From Atopostipes sp. (GTDB lineage Bacteria; Bacillota; Bacilli; Lactobacillales; Carnobacteriaceae_A), in the NCBI GenBank assembly GCA_036752165.1, contig DAIOTF010000001.1, forward strand, positions 4,485 through 68,484: 64,000 nucleotides of DNA, in the 5' to 3' direction. Below the pieces are notes generated by a model, which did not search any database, was not told where the DNA came from, and saw nothing but the letters and a program-made list of their open reading frames with translations. The position numbers were made by a program, and so were the translations under genes. Of the stretch, positions 51,704-60,700 are shown piece after piece (the first letter of the stretch is position 1; every line of letters starts with the position of its first letter).

Positions 51704-52699
51704 CTACTGATTGGGCCATTTATGATGGTCAATCATAATGATTTTTTGTAATCGGTGACGGTTTTCTTTATATATTTCAACTTTATTCGAAAATTCTTTT
51801 TGATTTGCTAAAGGAATATCCAAGTGGCTTAAACTAGAAAGATTTAATATTGGTGGTGTACCATCATAATCTTCAAAAAGATTCCCAAAGCCTTCATCAG
51901 AGGTGTCTATGTAGTTATTAATACTTTTAATCGTCGCATGAACTAAAGTCTCATTTACTAACCCTTCTTCAATTATTCCATATTTTAAAATCAATACAGA
52001 TTCATATAATACCGCCATAGCAACTGTTGTTGTTTTTTCAATTTTTTCACTATGATAGTATTGCAACAAAGGAAAAGCTTGAATCTGTTGTGTATATTGA
52101 GTAATTTGAGAATTTAAGTCCGCTAAAACATCATCAAGCTGGTGAAAGTTTTCACCATTCCAAATACTTTCTAAAAATTCGAAACTGCTTTCTCCTATCC
52201 CCGTAATATTACGAGCAAAAGTTCTTTTTTCAACAACTGCACTTACAATGGAAAGGATATACGAAGCACCAAATGTCAACATTACCATCCCTACTCCTGA
52301 AAATAATGCGGTAGCTAACTGAAATAATGTCGTTTGGGGGGTAAAATCCCCAATACCTAGTGTAAATACTACAAACCCACTATAATAAGGCAATTGATAC
52401 CAAGTAATGGATTGATTGGTTGAAGAGTTAACAATCGCGTTTAAGTCGCCCGCAAAGAAAACAGTCGCTCCAATCCATAGAAGAAGAAACCATGTAAACA
52501 GTGTAACGCTTAGAATCAAAGGACCTGAAATATCCAAAAAAAGCTCCTTTTCTGATTTTAGAATCCTTCGCCATATAAAGGTCGTTAATCGATCCGTTAT
52601 CCATCCAGCTCCTCCATCAACCCATAATGTTGTCCAGATAATGTCAATTAGAGTGTATATAATAATCGCTGCACCAAGCACATAATAAAGATATGACAT
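51704..52699 (-). CDS. Ion channel family membrane protein (Ion_trans_2-like pore)
   Basis: TM helices flank YYSGFVVFTLGIGDFTP (pore helix and filter), followed by a cytoplasmic C-terminal domain. Confidence 0.78.
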   Translation of the reverse strand: MSYLYYVLGAAIIIYTLIDIIWTTLWVDGGAGWITDRLTTFIWRRILKSEKELFLDISGPLILSVTLFTWFLLLWIGATVFFAGDLNAIVNSSTNQSITWYQLPYYSGFVVFTLGIGDFTPQTTLFQLATALFSGVGMVMLTFGASYILSIVSAVVEKRTFARNITGIGESSFEFLESIWNGENFHQLDDVLADLNSQITQYTQQIQAFPLLQYYHSEKIEKTTTVAMAVLYESVLILKYGIIEEGLVNETLVHATIKSINNYIDTSDEGFGNLFEDYDGTPPILNLSSLSHLDIPLANQKEFSNKVEIYKENRHRLQKIIMIDHHKWPNQ

Positions 52700-52774
52700 A
52701 AAAACTCCTACTTTCTATTCTCTATAGATTAATTTTAAAACAAGTAGTTCATAATTTATAATGATAACCTTTGG

Positions 52775-52829
52775 AAAAAAAAGAGGACCTCTTCTCTACT
52801 ATATTAATTCGCAGAGAAAGAGTCCTCGT
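52775..52829 (-). terminator. Terminator downstream of the ZIP transporter
   Basis: A-tract then GAGGAC-CTCTTCTCT...AGAGAAAGA-GTCCTC hairpin. Confidence 0.7.
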
Positions 52830-52843
52830 TTATCTTTGATTGC

Positions 52844-53659
52844 TTACCCAAGCGCAACATCAAGCGTCATCATAATTGCAAACCCAAGCATAAACGCCAT
52901 AGTAGCTACTTCACTGTAGCCATTGTGTTGAGAATTCGGTATCAATTCTTCCACACAAACAAAAATCATCGCGCCAGCTGCAAAAGCTAAAGCGTAAGGA
53001 AGAATAATCGAGACTTGAGTAACTAGCCAAGCCCCTAATGTTGCGGAAATAATTTCCACTAAAGCACTCGCTTGACCCATATTGAATGCATGTCCTTTTG
53101 ATTTACCTTCTGCTCGTATAGGCATAGCTAAAGCTGCGCCTTCTGGGAAGTTTTGAAGACCTATACCGGCCGCTAGAACTAAAGCTCCTGCTAAAGCGGA
53201 GGCCCCTTCTCCTGCTGCACCAAAAGCTACCCCAATAGCTAAGCCTTCAGGAACATTATGTATGGTTATCGCTAGAAATAAAAGAGCCGTAGATGAAAGC
53301 GACGTTTCAGTCCCTTCTTGTTCAGTAATCCCTTGAGTACGCATATGGATATGGGGTACTACACCATCGACCACTCGTAAGAAAAATGCACCAATTAAAA
53401 ACCCGACTAAAGCTGGAACAAATGACCAAATACCATAGCCACCTTGTTCTGCGAATTCAATTGATGGTGCTAAAAGCGACCAATAACTCGCAGCAAACAT
53501 TACGCCAGCAGCAAACCCATTCATGATGGAAAGTAATTTATCATTCACTTCATTAAATAAAAAAACCAAACTTGATCCTAGAGCTGTCATCGCCCATGTA
53601 AAGATACCTGCTAGTGTTGCTTGCCAAATTGGATGAATAGATAAAAACCAATCAACCAT
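52844..53659 (-). CDS. ZIP family divalent metal transporter (GufA/ZupT-like)
   Basis: GFAAGVM, AITIHNVPEG, GLQNFPEG, AFAAGAM..V..EELIP and MMTLDVALG. Confidence 0.92.
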   Translation of the reverse strand: MVDWFLSIHPIWQATLAGIFTWAMTALGSSLVFLFNEVNDKLLSIMNGFAAGVMFAASYWSLLAPSIEFAEQGGYGIWSFVPALVGFLIGAFFLRVVDGVVPHIHMRTQGITEQEGTETSLSSTALLFLAITIHNVPEGLAIGVAFGAAGEGASALAGALVLAAGIGLQNFPEGAALAMPIRAEGKSKGHAFNMGQASALVEIISATLGAWLVTQVSIILPYALAFAAGAMIFVCVEELIPNSQHNGYSEVATMAFMLGFAIMMTLDVALG

Positions 53660-53697
53660 TCAATCACCTATTTTCTATTAACTATAGTTAAAAAATG

Positions 53698-53715
53698 TTT
53701 TAGTTTGAGCTAAAA
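53698..53715. promoter_or_regulatory. Candidate DtxR/MntR-family operator
   Basis: Palindrome TTTTAG-TTTGAG-CTAAAA just downstream of an extended -10 (TGTTATAAT, minus strand, -10 at 53726-53731). Confidence 0.55.
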
Positions 53716-53817
53716 TTATAGATTAATTATAACAAACAATTCGCTTATTTTCAGAATAATACGATTTTAAAATAAAAAACAGCCTCCGGATAGAGACTGC
53801 TTTTAGGACTTAAACGA

Positions 53818-54468
53818 TTAAACATAGAGATAAATACTGAAAAACATGAAACCCGCCCCAGCCACTACAAATAAGTGCCAAATAACATGCATCCAGCCAT
53901 TATCTTTCATCCGATAAAAAATAGTTCCGACCGAGTAAAATACGCCTCCAATAAATAACAACAAAATACCCATCACATCAAAAGATTTATAAAGAGGATA
54001 AATTAAAAACAATCCCATCCAGCCCATAATTAGATATAAGTATGTACTTAATTTAGGATAACGATTCGTCCATATGACTTCAAAAACGATTCCTGCGATT
54101 GCAGCTATCCATACGATGGTTAAAAATGTGTATCCAATTGCTCCTCCAACCGTCACAATTAAATAAGGCGTGTATGAGCCTGCAATCAGTAAATAAATAG
54201 AGGCGTGGTCAATTTTCTGAAATAAATCTCGGTAACCGGTAAAGCTGAAACTGTGGTATAAGGTTGAAGCTAAGAATAAGATGATAAAACTCGACCCATA
54301 AATAATATACGAAACCAATTCAGCTATTGAATAAGTATTTGATGATATGGCTTTTTCTACGAGTAAGATCATCCCTACAACACCTAATACGGCTGCTAAG
54401 CCATGTGTGATTGCATTAAATACTTCTATCCAAATTTCATTTCTTGAAATATTTTGTACTTTTCCCAT
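53818..54468 (-). CDS. Hemolysin III / PAQR family membrane protein
   Basis: NAITHG, STLYH, DHASIYLLIAGSYTP and HVIWHLFV. Confidence 0.92.
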   Translation of the reverse strand: MGKVQNISRNEIWIEVFNAITHGLAAVLGVVGMILLVEKAISSNTYSIAELVSYIIYGSSFIILFLASTLYHSFSFTGYRDLFQKIDHASIYLLIAGSYTPYLIVTVGGAIGYTFLTIVWIAAIAGIVFEVIWTNRYPKLSTYLYLIMGWMGLFLIYPLYKSFDVMGILLLFIGGVFYSVGTIFYRMKDNGWMHVIWHLFVVAGAGFMFFSIYLYV

Positions 54469-54512
54469 TTTAATATTAACCCCTATCTTAAAAAACTGTA
54501 ATGTTTTAGTTG

Positions 54513-55019
54513 TTAATCGAGTTTGTCATTTAAGTAATGTTTTTGTAAATCCATATTTGGAAAGTTTTGTTGTCGTAAAGCTTCGTAGATAATTATGGAA
54601 GCAGTATTTGATAAATTCAAAGAACGAATATGTGTATCGTCCATTGGAATTCGAATGCATTTTTCTTCATTTTCTCGCATGAACTTCTCTGGTAAGCCAG
54701 TCGTTTCCTTCCCGAAAATAAAGTAGTGATCTTCTTCATAGTTCGTATAATTTACCTCTGAATATGTATTATACGCAAACTTAGTCACTAAATGCAATTT
54801 TCCATCCTTCGCATACTCTAAAAAGGATTTTAGATTACGATGATGCGTGACTTTTAATTCACTCCAATAATCTAAACCTGCTCTTTTTAGCATTTTATCT
54901 TCTAAACTAAAGCCAAGTGGGTGAATTAAGTGAAGATGTGTGTCTGTACCGGCGCATGTTCTTGCTATATTCCCAGTGTTTGGTGGAATTTGTGGTTTAT
55001 ATAATACAATATGATTCAT
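54513..55019 (-). CDS. trmL: tRNA (cytidine34/uridine34-2'-O)-methyltransferase
   Basis: PQIPPNTGNIARTCA, KRAGLDYW, FGKETTGLP and RSLNLSN. Confidence 0.95.
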   Translation of the reverse strand: MNHIVLYKPQIPPNTGNIARTCAGTDTHLHLIHPLGFSLEDKMLKRAGLDYWSELKVTHHRNLKSFLEYAKDGKLHLVTKFAYNTYSEVNYTNYEEDHYFIFGKETTGLPEKFMRENEEKCIRIPMDDTHIRSLNLSNTASIIIYEALRQQNFPNMDLQKHYLNDKLD

Positions 55020-55031
55020 TTTCTAATTCCT

Positions 55032-56195
55032 TCATTTCTTTAGTAAATTTTCTTTCAATTGATGAATAGCTTGTTGAAATTCACGAACAGTTTCTTCATC
55101 CTCTTCCTTTTCAAGTGCTTCTTCTAGAAAAGCTATAATCTCTCGATTAGGGTTCCGCCTCATTATTTTAGAGATTGCCCAAGCGGATGTTCCACGAATC
55201 ATCGGACGCGAATCATTCTCAATTAAGCCTAATAAGGTAGGTATCGAACTTCTATCGCGATAGTTGGCTAATGCAATAATTGCATTTCTTTGAAGTGGCT
55301 TTTTCCCTCGCCAAGAACCGGCCATCTCTCCAAACCGCTCTTTAAATTCTCGGTTTGAAATAGTTAATAGGGGTTCCAATTCAGGTCGAGTCTTTTCGTA
55401 TTCAGGTTCCATGTCTTCATGTAAGTGAAAATCTATCCCTTGGTTGTATGGACAAACGATTTGGCAAATGTCACATCCATAGATAACCTTCCCCATTTTA
55501 CGGCGATATTTATCTGGCATATAATTTTTCGTTTGTGTTTGATAAGATAAACAGCGATTCGCGTTCATCTCTCCATTTCCAAGCAAAGCTTGAGTTGGGC
55601 ATCCCACGATACACCGATTACAAGCCCCACAATCATAGTCTACGGGTGCGTCCGGTTCAAAGGGGATATCCGTAATGATTTCTCCTAGATAAACATATGA
55701 ACCAAACTCTTTTGTAATTAATAATCCATTTCTACCAACAAAGCCTATACCCGCTCGTGCAGCTACTGCTACATCGATTAATTCACCAGTATCAACCATT
55801 GGCTTAAAAGACGCATGACCATTTGTTTCTTCATTCATGATTTCAATTAATTTAGAAAGGTATTCTTCTAAAATGAAATGATAATCTCTCCCCCAAGATG
55901 CACGCGCAAATTCTCCCCTTCTTTCTCCACGTTTCCGTGTGGGCTCGTTTTGAATTGCAGAAGGATATGCTAATGCAATGGATATGATTGACTGAGGGTT
56001 ATCAAAGATTTTTTCTGGATAAATTCGTTCTTCAAGCACTTTATGCTCAAAACCAGATTGATGTCCTTTCATATGTTGTTCTCTTATCGACTCTTCAAGC
56101 TCATAAAAAGGATCAGCGCTTGCAAAACCAATTTTATCAATCCCAATATCGTACGCTTTCTCTCTAATTCTTTCTTGAAGTTTTACAATATTCAT
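55032..56195 (-). CDS. queG: Epoxyqueuosine reductase
   Basis: [38 protein letters not shown] and a C-terminal HEAT-like repeat. Confidence 0.95.
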   Translation of the reverse strand: MNIVKLQERIREKAYDIGIDKIGFASADPFYELEESIREQHMKGHQSGFEHKVLEERIYPEKIFDNPQSIISIALAYPSAIQNEPTRKRGERRGEFARASWGRDYHFILEEYLSKLIEIMNEETNGHASFKPMVDTGELIDVAVAARAGIGFVGRNGLLITKEFGSYVYLGEIITDIPFEPDAPVDYDCGACNRCIVGCPTQALLGNGEMNANRCLSYQTQTKNYMPDKYRRKMGKVIYGCDICQIVCPYNQGIDFHLHEDMEPEYEKTRPELEPLLTISNREFKERFGEMAGSWRGKKPLQRNAIIALANYRDRSSIPTLLGLIENDSRPMIRGTSAWAISKIMRRNPNREIIAFLEEALEKEEDEETVREFQQAIHQLKENLLKK

Positions 56196-56235
56196 TTGCT
56201 GTCCTCCTTAATTAAAAGCAAAATGTTCATTACCA

Positions 56236-56265
56236 ATTATACCAAACTTTCATTGACTATGTAAA
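56236..56265 (-). promoter_or_regulatory. SigA promoter of queG-trmL
   Basis: TTTACA-18 nt-TATAAT with a TG extension. Confidence 0.6.
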
Positions 56266-56274
56266 AATATGCAT

Positions 56275-56400
56275 AAAAAAAACGCATCTCTTCGGTTTTA
56301 ATAACAGCGAAAAAATACGTTAATTAAGTTAGTGATTGTCATCATTTTATGTCAGTGCATATCAGGGACTGACATAAATTGACGGGTCAAAAAACTTATG
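56275..56400 (-). ncRNA. Candidate unannotated small RNA (~125 nt)
   Basis: Upstream TTGCTA-17-TATTAT promoter, a perfect 11-bp stem with CCCUGAUAUGC loop, and a terminator that pairs fully only on the minus strand (three G-U pairs) and ends in U8. Confidence 0.6.
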
Positions 56401-56449
56401 TTTATTATAATACCATAGGATTGTAATAATAGCAAGAATCTTATTAGAA

Positions 56450-56692
56450 TTAATAGTAATTAATCGTTTGATCCTCTTTTTCTAAGCTTTTTTCTAACGC
56501 TTGTTCAAAATTAATTAATTTGCTTTGTGCATGTAAAATTGATTTTTGAGTCAAATGATTCATTTTTCTAGCAACAATTTTCTTAGTTTCATCCCCTCGT
56601 TTAGGTGCAAGAAAATAAGCAGCCACCGCCCCGCCAACTGTGCCTAAAATTAAACCTAAACTTATTGTAGCTTTCTTTTTTCCTGGTCTCAT
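56450..56692 (-). CDS. YtxH-like small membrane-anchored protein
   Basis: GLILGTVGGAVAAYFLAPKRG.ET motif. AGGAGG RBS. Confidence 0.8.
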   Translation of the reverse strand: MRPGKKKATISLGLILGTVGGAVAAYFLAPKRGDETKKIVARKMNHLTQKSILHAQSKLINFEQALEKSLEKEDQTINYY

Positions 56693-56861
56693 TTAATTTC
56701 CTCCTGATGCTTTAAGTCGTGAATTAATTATAACTCATATTCTATTCAACTTACAACTAATGTCTTTTTTGTTTAAAATCATTATTTATATGGATAGATT
56801 CTTTGAATAATATCCACTATAATTAGCCTGATACATGGTACTATACTCTAAGAGAGGAAGA

Positions 56862-57950
56862 ATGATTAAGTTGAAAATTGGAGCTCGTACCTTTAAGACT
56901 GGTTTAGCCATACTTTTGTCATTTATTATTCCACCATTATTTGGATTAGAAGATAGTATAGGATTAACGGCAGCTGCTGTTATTTTCTCGATGCAACCTT
57001 CAGTACAAGAAACATTTGTAAAAACACGCGATCGTTTAGTAGCAAATATTATTGGTGGTCTCCTGGCATTTGTAGTAGTCAGTTATCTAGGAGATTCTAT
57101 CTTTTTAATCGCTGTGGCTTCAGCAATGCTTATTGCTTTGCTACATCAATTAGGATTAAACGATGTAATAGGGTTATCCACCCTTACTTTAATTAACGTT
57201 ATGCTTTCTCCTGGTGAAAGTATTCTAATAACTGCCATTCAACGAGTAGCAGCTACACTTACGGGTATTATGATAGCTTTTTTTGTAAATACGTTTGTAC
57301 TTCCACCAAGATACGATGTAAAGTTTTACAATAAAACAGTGGACCTTACAGATAGTACAATGAAACATGTTCGTCAAATGTTGAGAAAAAATGCGCAATT
57401 TCCATTAATGGCGGAAGATTTAAAACGGTTAAATAAAGAAGTTATTACGCTACGAAAATTCCAAAAATATATGAGAGACCCTTTCTATAAAAGATTTGCT
57501 AGCAGAAAATACTATTCCATGTTACGATTTTTAGTTCTGTGTCGACAATCCATTAAAACTAACCAAGTCTTTTATGATCTGGCAGTAATCATGCATGAAT
57601 CAGAGAGTACATTAAATCATTTACCAAATGATTTACGTACATTAATAAGAGAACGGATGGAAACTCTTATGACGGCTCACGAACAAATTCTATTAAAGTG
57701 GAATGGCCGTATTTTACCTGAAGAAGTCAATTTTTTGAAATATCGCACGGATTTACGTCGTAGATTCATGGAAGCATTTTATACTGAAGCTTCATCAGAT
57801 GCTTCGATGGAATATGATTTTTCTAAAGGGAATGATTTATTGCGTCTGATGACTAAAATCTTTGAATATGATAAAGAATTGCAACACTTCAATAAATTAA
57901 CAAATAGTTTTGTTCGTTCTGAGCGGGATGATCATATAAAAGGTCTATGA
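56862..57950 (+). CDS. Aromatic acid exporter/FUSC family membrane protein (YgaE-like)
   Basis: KIGARTFKTGLA, MQPSV and FVN..VLPPRY. Start codon uncertain (56835, 56862 or 56871). Confidence 0.85.
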   Translation: MIKLKIGARTFKTGLAILLSFIIPPLFGLEDSIGLTAAAVIFSMQPSVQETFVKTRDRLVANIIGGLLAFVVVSYLGDSIFLIAVASAMLIALLHQLGLNDVIGLSTLTLINVMLSPGESILITAIQRVAATLTGIMIAFFVNTFVLPPRYDVKFYNKTVDLTDSTMKHVRQMLRKNAQFPLMAEDLKRLNKEVITLRKFQKYMRDPFYKRFASRKYYSMLRFLVLCRQSIKTNQVFYDLAVIMHESESTLNHLPNDLRTLIRERMETLMTAHEQILLKWNGRILPEEVNFLKYRTDLRRRFMEAFYTEASSDASMEYDFSKGNDLLRLMTKIFEYDKELQHFNKLTNSFVRSERDDHIKGL

Positions 57951-57954
57951 AGTT

Positions 57955-57997
57955 AAAAAGCAATGAGTGGTTTTAAAATACCACTCATTGCTTTTTT
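57955..57997. terminator. Bidirectional terminator
   Basis: AAAAAGCAATGAGTGG...CCACTCATTGCTTTTT. Confidence 0.85.
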
Positions 57998-58538
57998 ATT
58001 GATATCTTCCAGTAAGTTGCTTGTAACGGTTATACCATAAATCTACGTAATCCTTTGAAAACGGGCCCCGTTCTTCTTTAATCCAACTTACTAAGATCTT
58101 TACATGTTCATTTAATATCGGGTCAATTTCATCTGGATACCCATACCGTTTACTGTGAATCTCATACTCATCCACATCTAGTAATCGTTTCTCACCGTCA
58201 GGAAAAATTTTTACATCCAAATCATAATCGATGTATTTAGCTCCTTCTTCATCAATCAAAAACGGCGAAGCTAAATTACAATAATAAGACACTCCTTTTT
58301 GACGAATCATAGTGACAATATTAAACCAATACTCTTTGTGAAAATACACAAGTGCAGGTTCACGTGTTCGCCATCTACGACCATCTGATTCAATCACTAA
58401 TGTATGGTCATTACAACCAATTAACGCATGTTCAGTTGTTTTTAACACCATGGTGTCTCGCCACGTACGATGTAAACTACCATCGTGTTTATAGCTTCGG
58501 ATTGTAATAAAGTCTCCTTCTCTAGGTTTATTTTCCAT
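57996..58538 (-). CDS. DUF402 family nucleoside tri/diphosphate phosphatase (YgaC/Ntdp-like)
   Basis: [35 protein letters not shown] and LLDVDEY. Confidence 0.92.
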   Translation of the reverse strand: MENKPREGDFITIRSYKHDGSLHRTWRDTMVLKTTEHALIGCNDHTLVIESDGRRWRTREPALVYFHKEYWFNIVTMIRQKGVSYYCNLASPFLIDEEGAKYIDYDLDVKIFPDGEKRLLDVDEYEIHSKRYGYPDEIDPILNEHVKILVSWIKEERGPFSKDYVDLWYNRYKQLTGRYQ

Positions 58539-58663
58539 TATATTTAGCCAACTCTCAGAAATTCTTTTATTTATTCGTTGAATGAATAAACAAATCTCAC
58601 TAACGATTGTAACATAAATAAAATTAAAGAAAACATTTCTGGTTTATGAATCGATGGTTCTAG

Positions 58664-60685
58664 TTAATTAAATAAGGTTGAGAATTGTCTAACTACATCC
58701 GATCCGCCAGCATCTTCTACTAAGATAACGGATAAGAAGTCCTGATTCTCTGCATCATACACAAGTAGAAAACCGTTTGTATCCATAGTCTCCTCATCTT
58801 CTTGAGATTGAGTTTCAGTGGTGCCCGTTTTTGCAGCTAGTCGCGTGGTTGAATTACTCAATGCATGAGCTGTCCCATTAGGACTTTCTACAACTTGGAT
58901 TAAATCTTTATTTACGATGGCAGCTGCATCTGTAGAAATAGGCTGCATGGGTTCAATAGTTTCCTCAGATTTTTCTAGTACAGGATAAGTTAAATTACCT
59001 CCTGTCGCAAAAGGACTATAAAAAACTGCTTGATGTAGTGGACTCATTAGTAATTGTCCTTGTCCGTAAGCTGTATCCGCTAGTAACATTTCATTATCAA
59101 AAGATCCACTATTGGTAATTTGAGCCGGATTCATAGGGATGGGCAAGTCGAACTTTTCTCCAAATGGAAATTGTTCCAGGCCCTCCATGAAGGTTTCAGC
59201 CCCCATTTCCAATGCTTCTCTCGCGAAGAATATATTATCAGAAAATACATACGCATCTTCTAAATCGACTTCCGTTGGTTGATTTTGAACCCGGCGAATC
59301 ACATGGTTACCCCATGTATCGTCTTTCTGCCATTCATAACCTGTAATCGTATGCGTTTTTTCAACTGTTGTTACCCCACTATCAAGGCCTATTGCTCCGG
59401 TAATTGCTTTGAATGTTGAGCCCGGTGCATAACGTGCAGTATAGCGAGGTAAAAATGGTGCATTCTCATCGTCTGCATACGCTTGATAGGCCTCGGTGCT
59501 GATTCCTCGAGACATCATTGTTGGATCATAGGAAGGTGAGCTTGTTAGTACGAGTAACTCTCCTGTTTGAGGCGCTGTCACTACTGCCGATCCACTATCC
59601 CCGGCAAAAGTTTCATAATAAGCCTCTTGTAATGATTTATCAATAGTAATGGTAATGTCTTCACCATCTTCTACTACTGATTCCTGCAAGATAGTTTTAG
59701 TTTCTCCATTTTCGTTGAGAATTTGAATACTCCCGCCTTTACTTCCGCGAAGACGTGGGTCAAATGCTGCTTCTAAACCTGATTTCCCAATAATATCGCC
59801 TGGTGAAAGAGTAGGATCTTCTTCTATATCCTCTGCAAAGACTTCACCGGTATATCCAATAAGATGCGCACCTGCTTCTGCTAAAGGATAAGTTCTTGCA
59901 GTCGTTTCTTGGTATACTACACCTGTTATCTCAGGTCTATTATCTTCCTCTACAATTTTTACGGGGACAAATGACTCTTCAGTTACCCAACTAGCAGAAA
60001 GTAAATTCTCTAATTGTTCTACATTTGTTTCTAACGTATCTGCAATTGCTTCAAGGTTTGCTTCACGACCTTCTCCCTCACCAAGTAAAGCAGGATATAA
60101 CCCAGCTTCCCATGCAGGAGCTTCTCCAGCTAATAATTCACCATTTCGATCATAGATGGATCCCCTTCTACCTGACTGCATAGTAACGTGAAGTGTATCT
60201 TCTAACGCCATTTCAGGAAAAATTAAAGAGGGATCCCAATTCACGCGAAAACCATCTTCAGTTTCATGAAATGTCGTTTGAAACGACTGATTGGTTAATT
60301 CACCTAAAGATGTGTTCATTCCTAAAACATATTCGAGTTTAAACTCCCCAGCCTCTTCATCTTCTACGAGTTGATAATTATCAATACTCAATTCGGTAGC
60401 CCCGATGCCACCATAAACCGTTTCATATCTATCTCGAACTTCTTGACGTGTATAGTCAATATCCTCCAATGATATCTCAGAAACCAATGAGGAGATTTCT
60501 TCATAATCCTGTTTTTCTAGTGCCTCTATAAATAAAGTGGCTGTTGCTTCCGCTTGTTCTTTTCTTTTTTGTTGCTGCCAGTAATTATAACCAATGATTA
60601 AACCAATAATTAATACAGTTGCAAGAACAACCCCACCTACTACCAACCATTTATTTGTTTGTTTACGGTTTGATCTTAAATCCAT
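58664..60685 (-). CDS. Class B PBP with MecA-type N-terminal domain (PBP4/PBP5/PBP2a low-affinity subclass)
   Basis: TM anchor, NTF2-like domain ending WDPSLIFP, RGSIYDRNG, YAPGSTFK, SDN, YGQG and KTGT. Confidence 0.88.
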   Translation of the reverse strand: MDLRSNRKQTNKWLVVGGVVLATVLIIGLIIGYNYWQQQKRKEQAEATATLFIEALEKQDYEEISSLVSEISLEDIDYTRQEVRDRYETVYGGIGATELSIDNYQLVEDEEAGEFKLEYVLGMNTSLGELTNQSFQTTFHETEDGFRVNWDPSLIFPEMALEDTLHVTMQSGRRGSIYDRNGELLAGEAPAWEAGLYPALLGEGEGREANLEAIADTLETNVEQLENLLSASWVTEESFVPVKIVEEDNRPEITGVVYQETTARTYPLAEAGAHLIGYTGEVFAEDIEEDPTLSPGDIIGKSGLEAAFDPRLRGSKGGSIQILNENGETKTILQESVVEDGEDITITIDKSLQEAYYETFAGDSGSAVVTAPQTGELLVLTSSPSYDPTMMSRGISTEAYQAYADDENAPFLPRYTARYAPGSTFKAITGAIGLDSGVTTVEKTHTITGYEWQKDDTWGNHVIRRVQNQPTEVDLEDAYVFSDNIFFAREALEMGAETFMEGLEQFPFGEKFDLPIPMNPAQITNSGSFDNEMLLADTAYGQGQLLMSPLHQAVFYSPFATGGNLTYPVLEKSEETIEPMQPISTDAAAIVNKDLIQVVESPNGTAHALSNSTTRLAAKTGTTETQSQEDEETMDTNGFLLVYDAENQDFLSVILVEDAGGSDVVRQFSTLFN

Positions 60686-60700
60686 TCTATCTACCTTTCT

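Noticed and set aside
56298..56345. 15-aa ORF MMTITNLINVFFRCY inside the candidate sRNA
   Set aside because: No Shine-Dalgarno sequence, the start abuts a stable stem, and there is no telling codon run.
56390..56420. dif-like AT-rich sequence
   Set aside because: It does not match the XerC/XerD arms of Firmicute dif and is better explained as a promoter. Gene-strand bias does not switch here.
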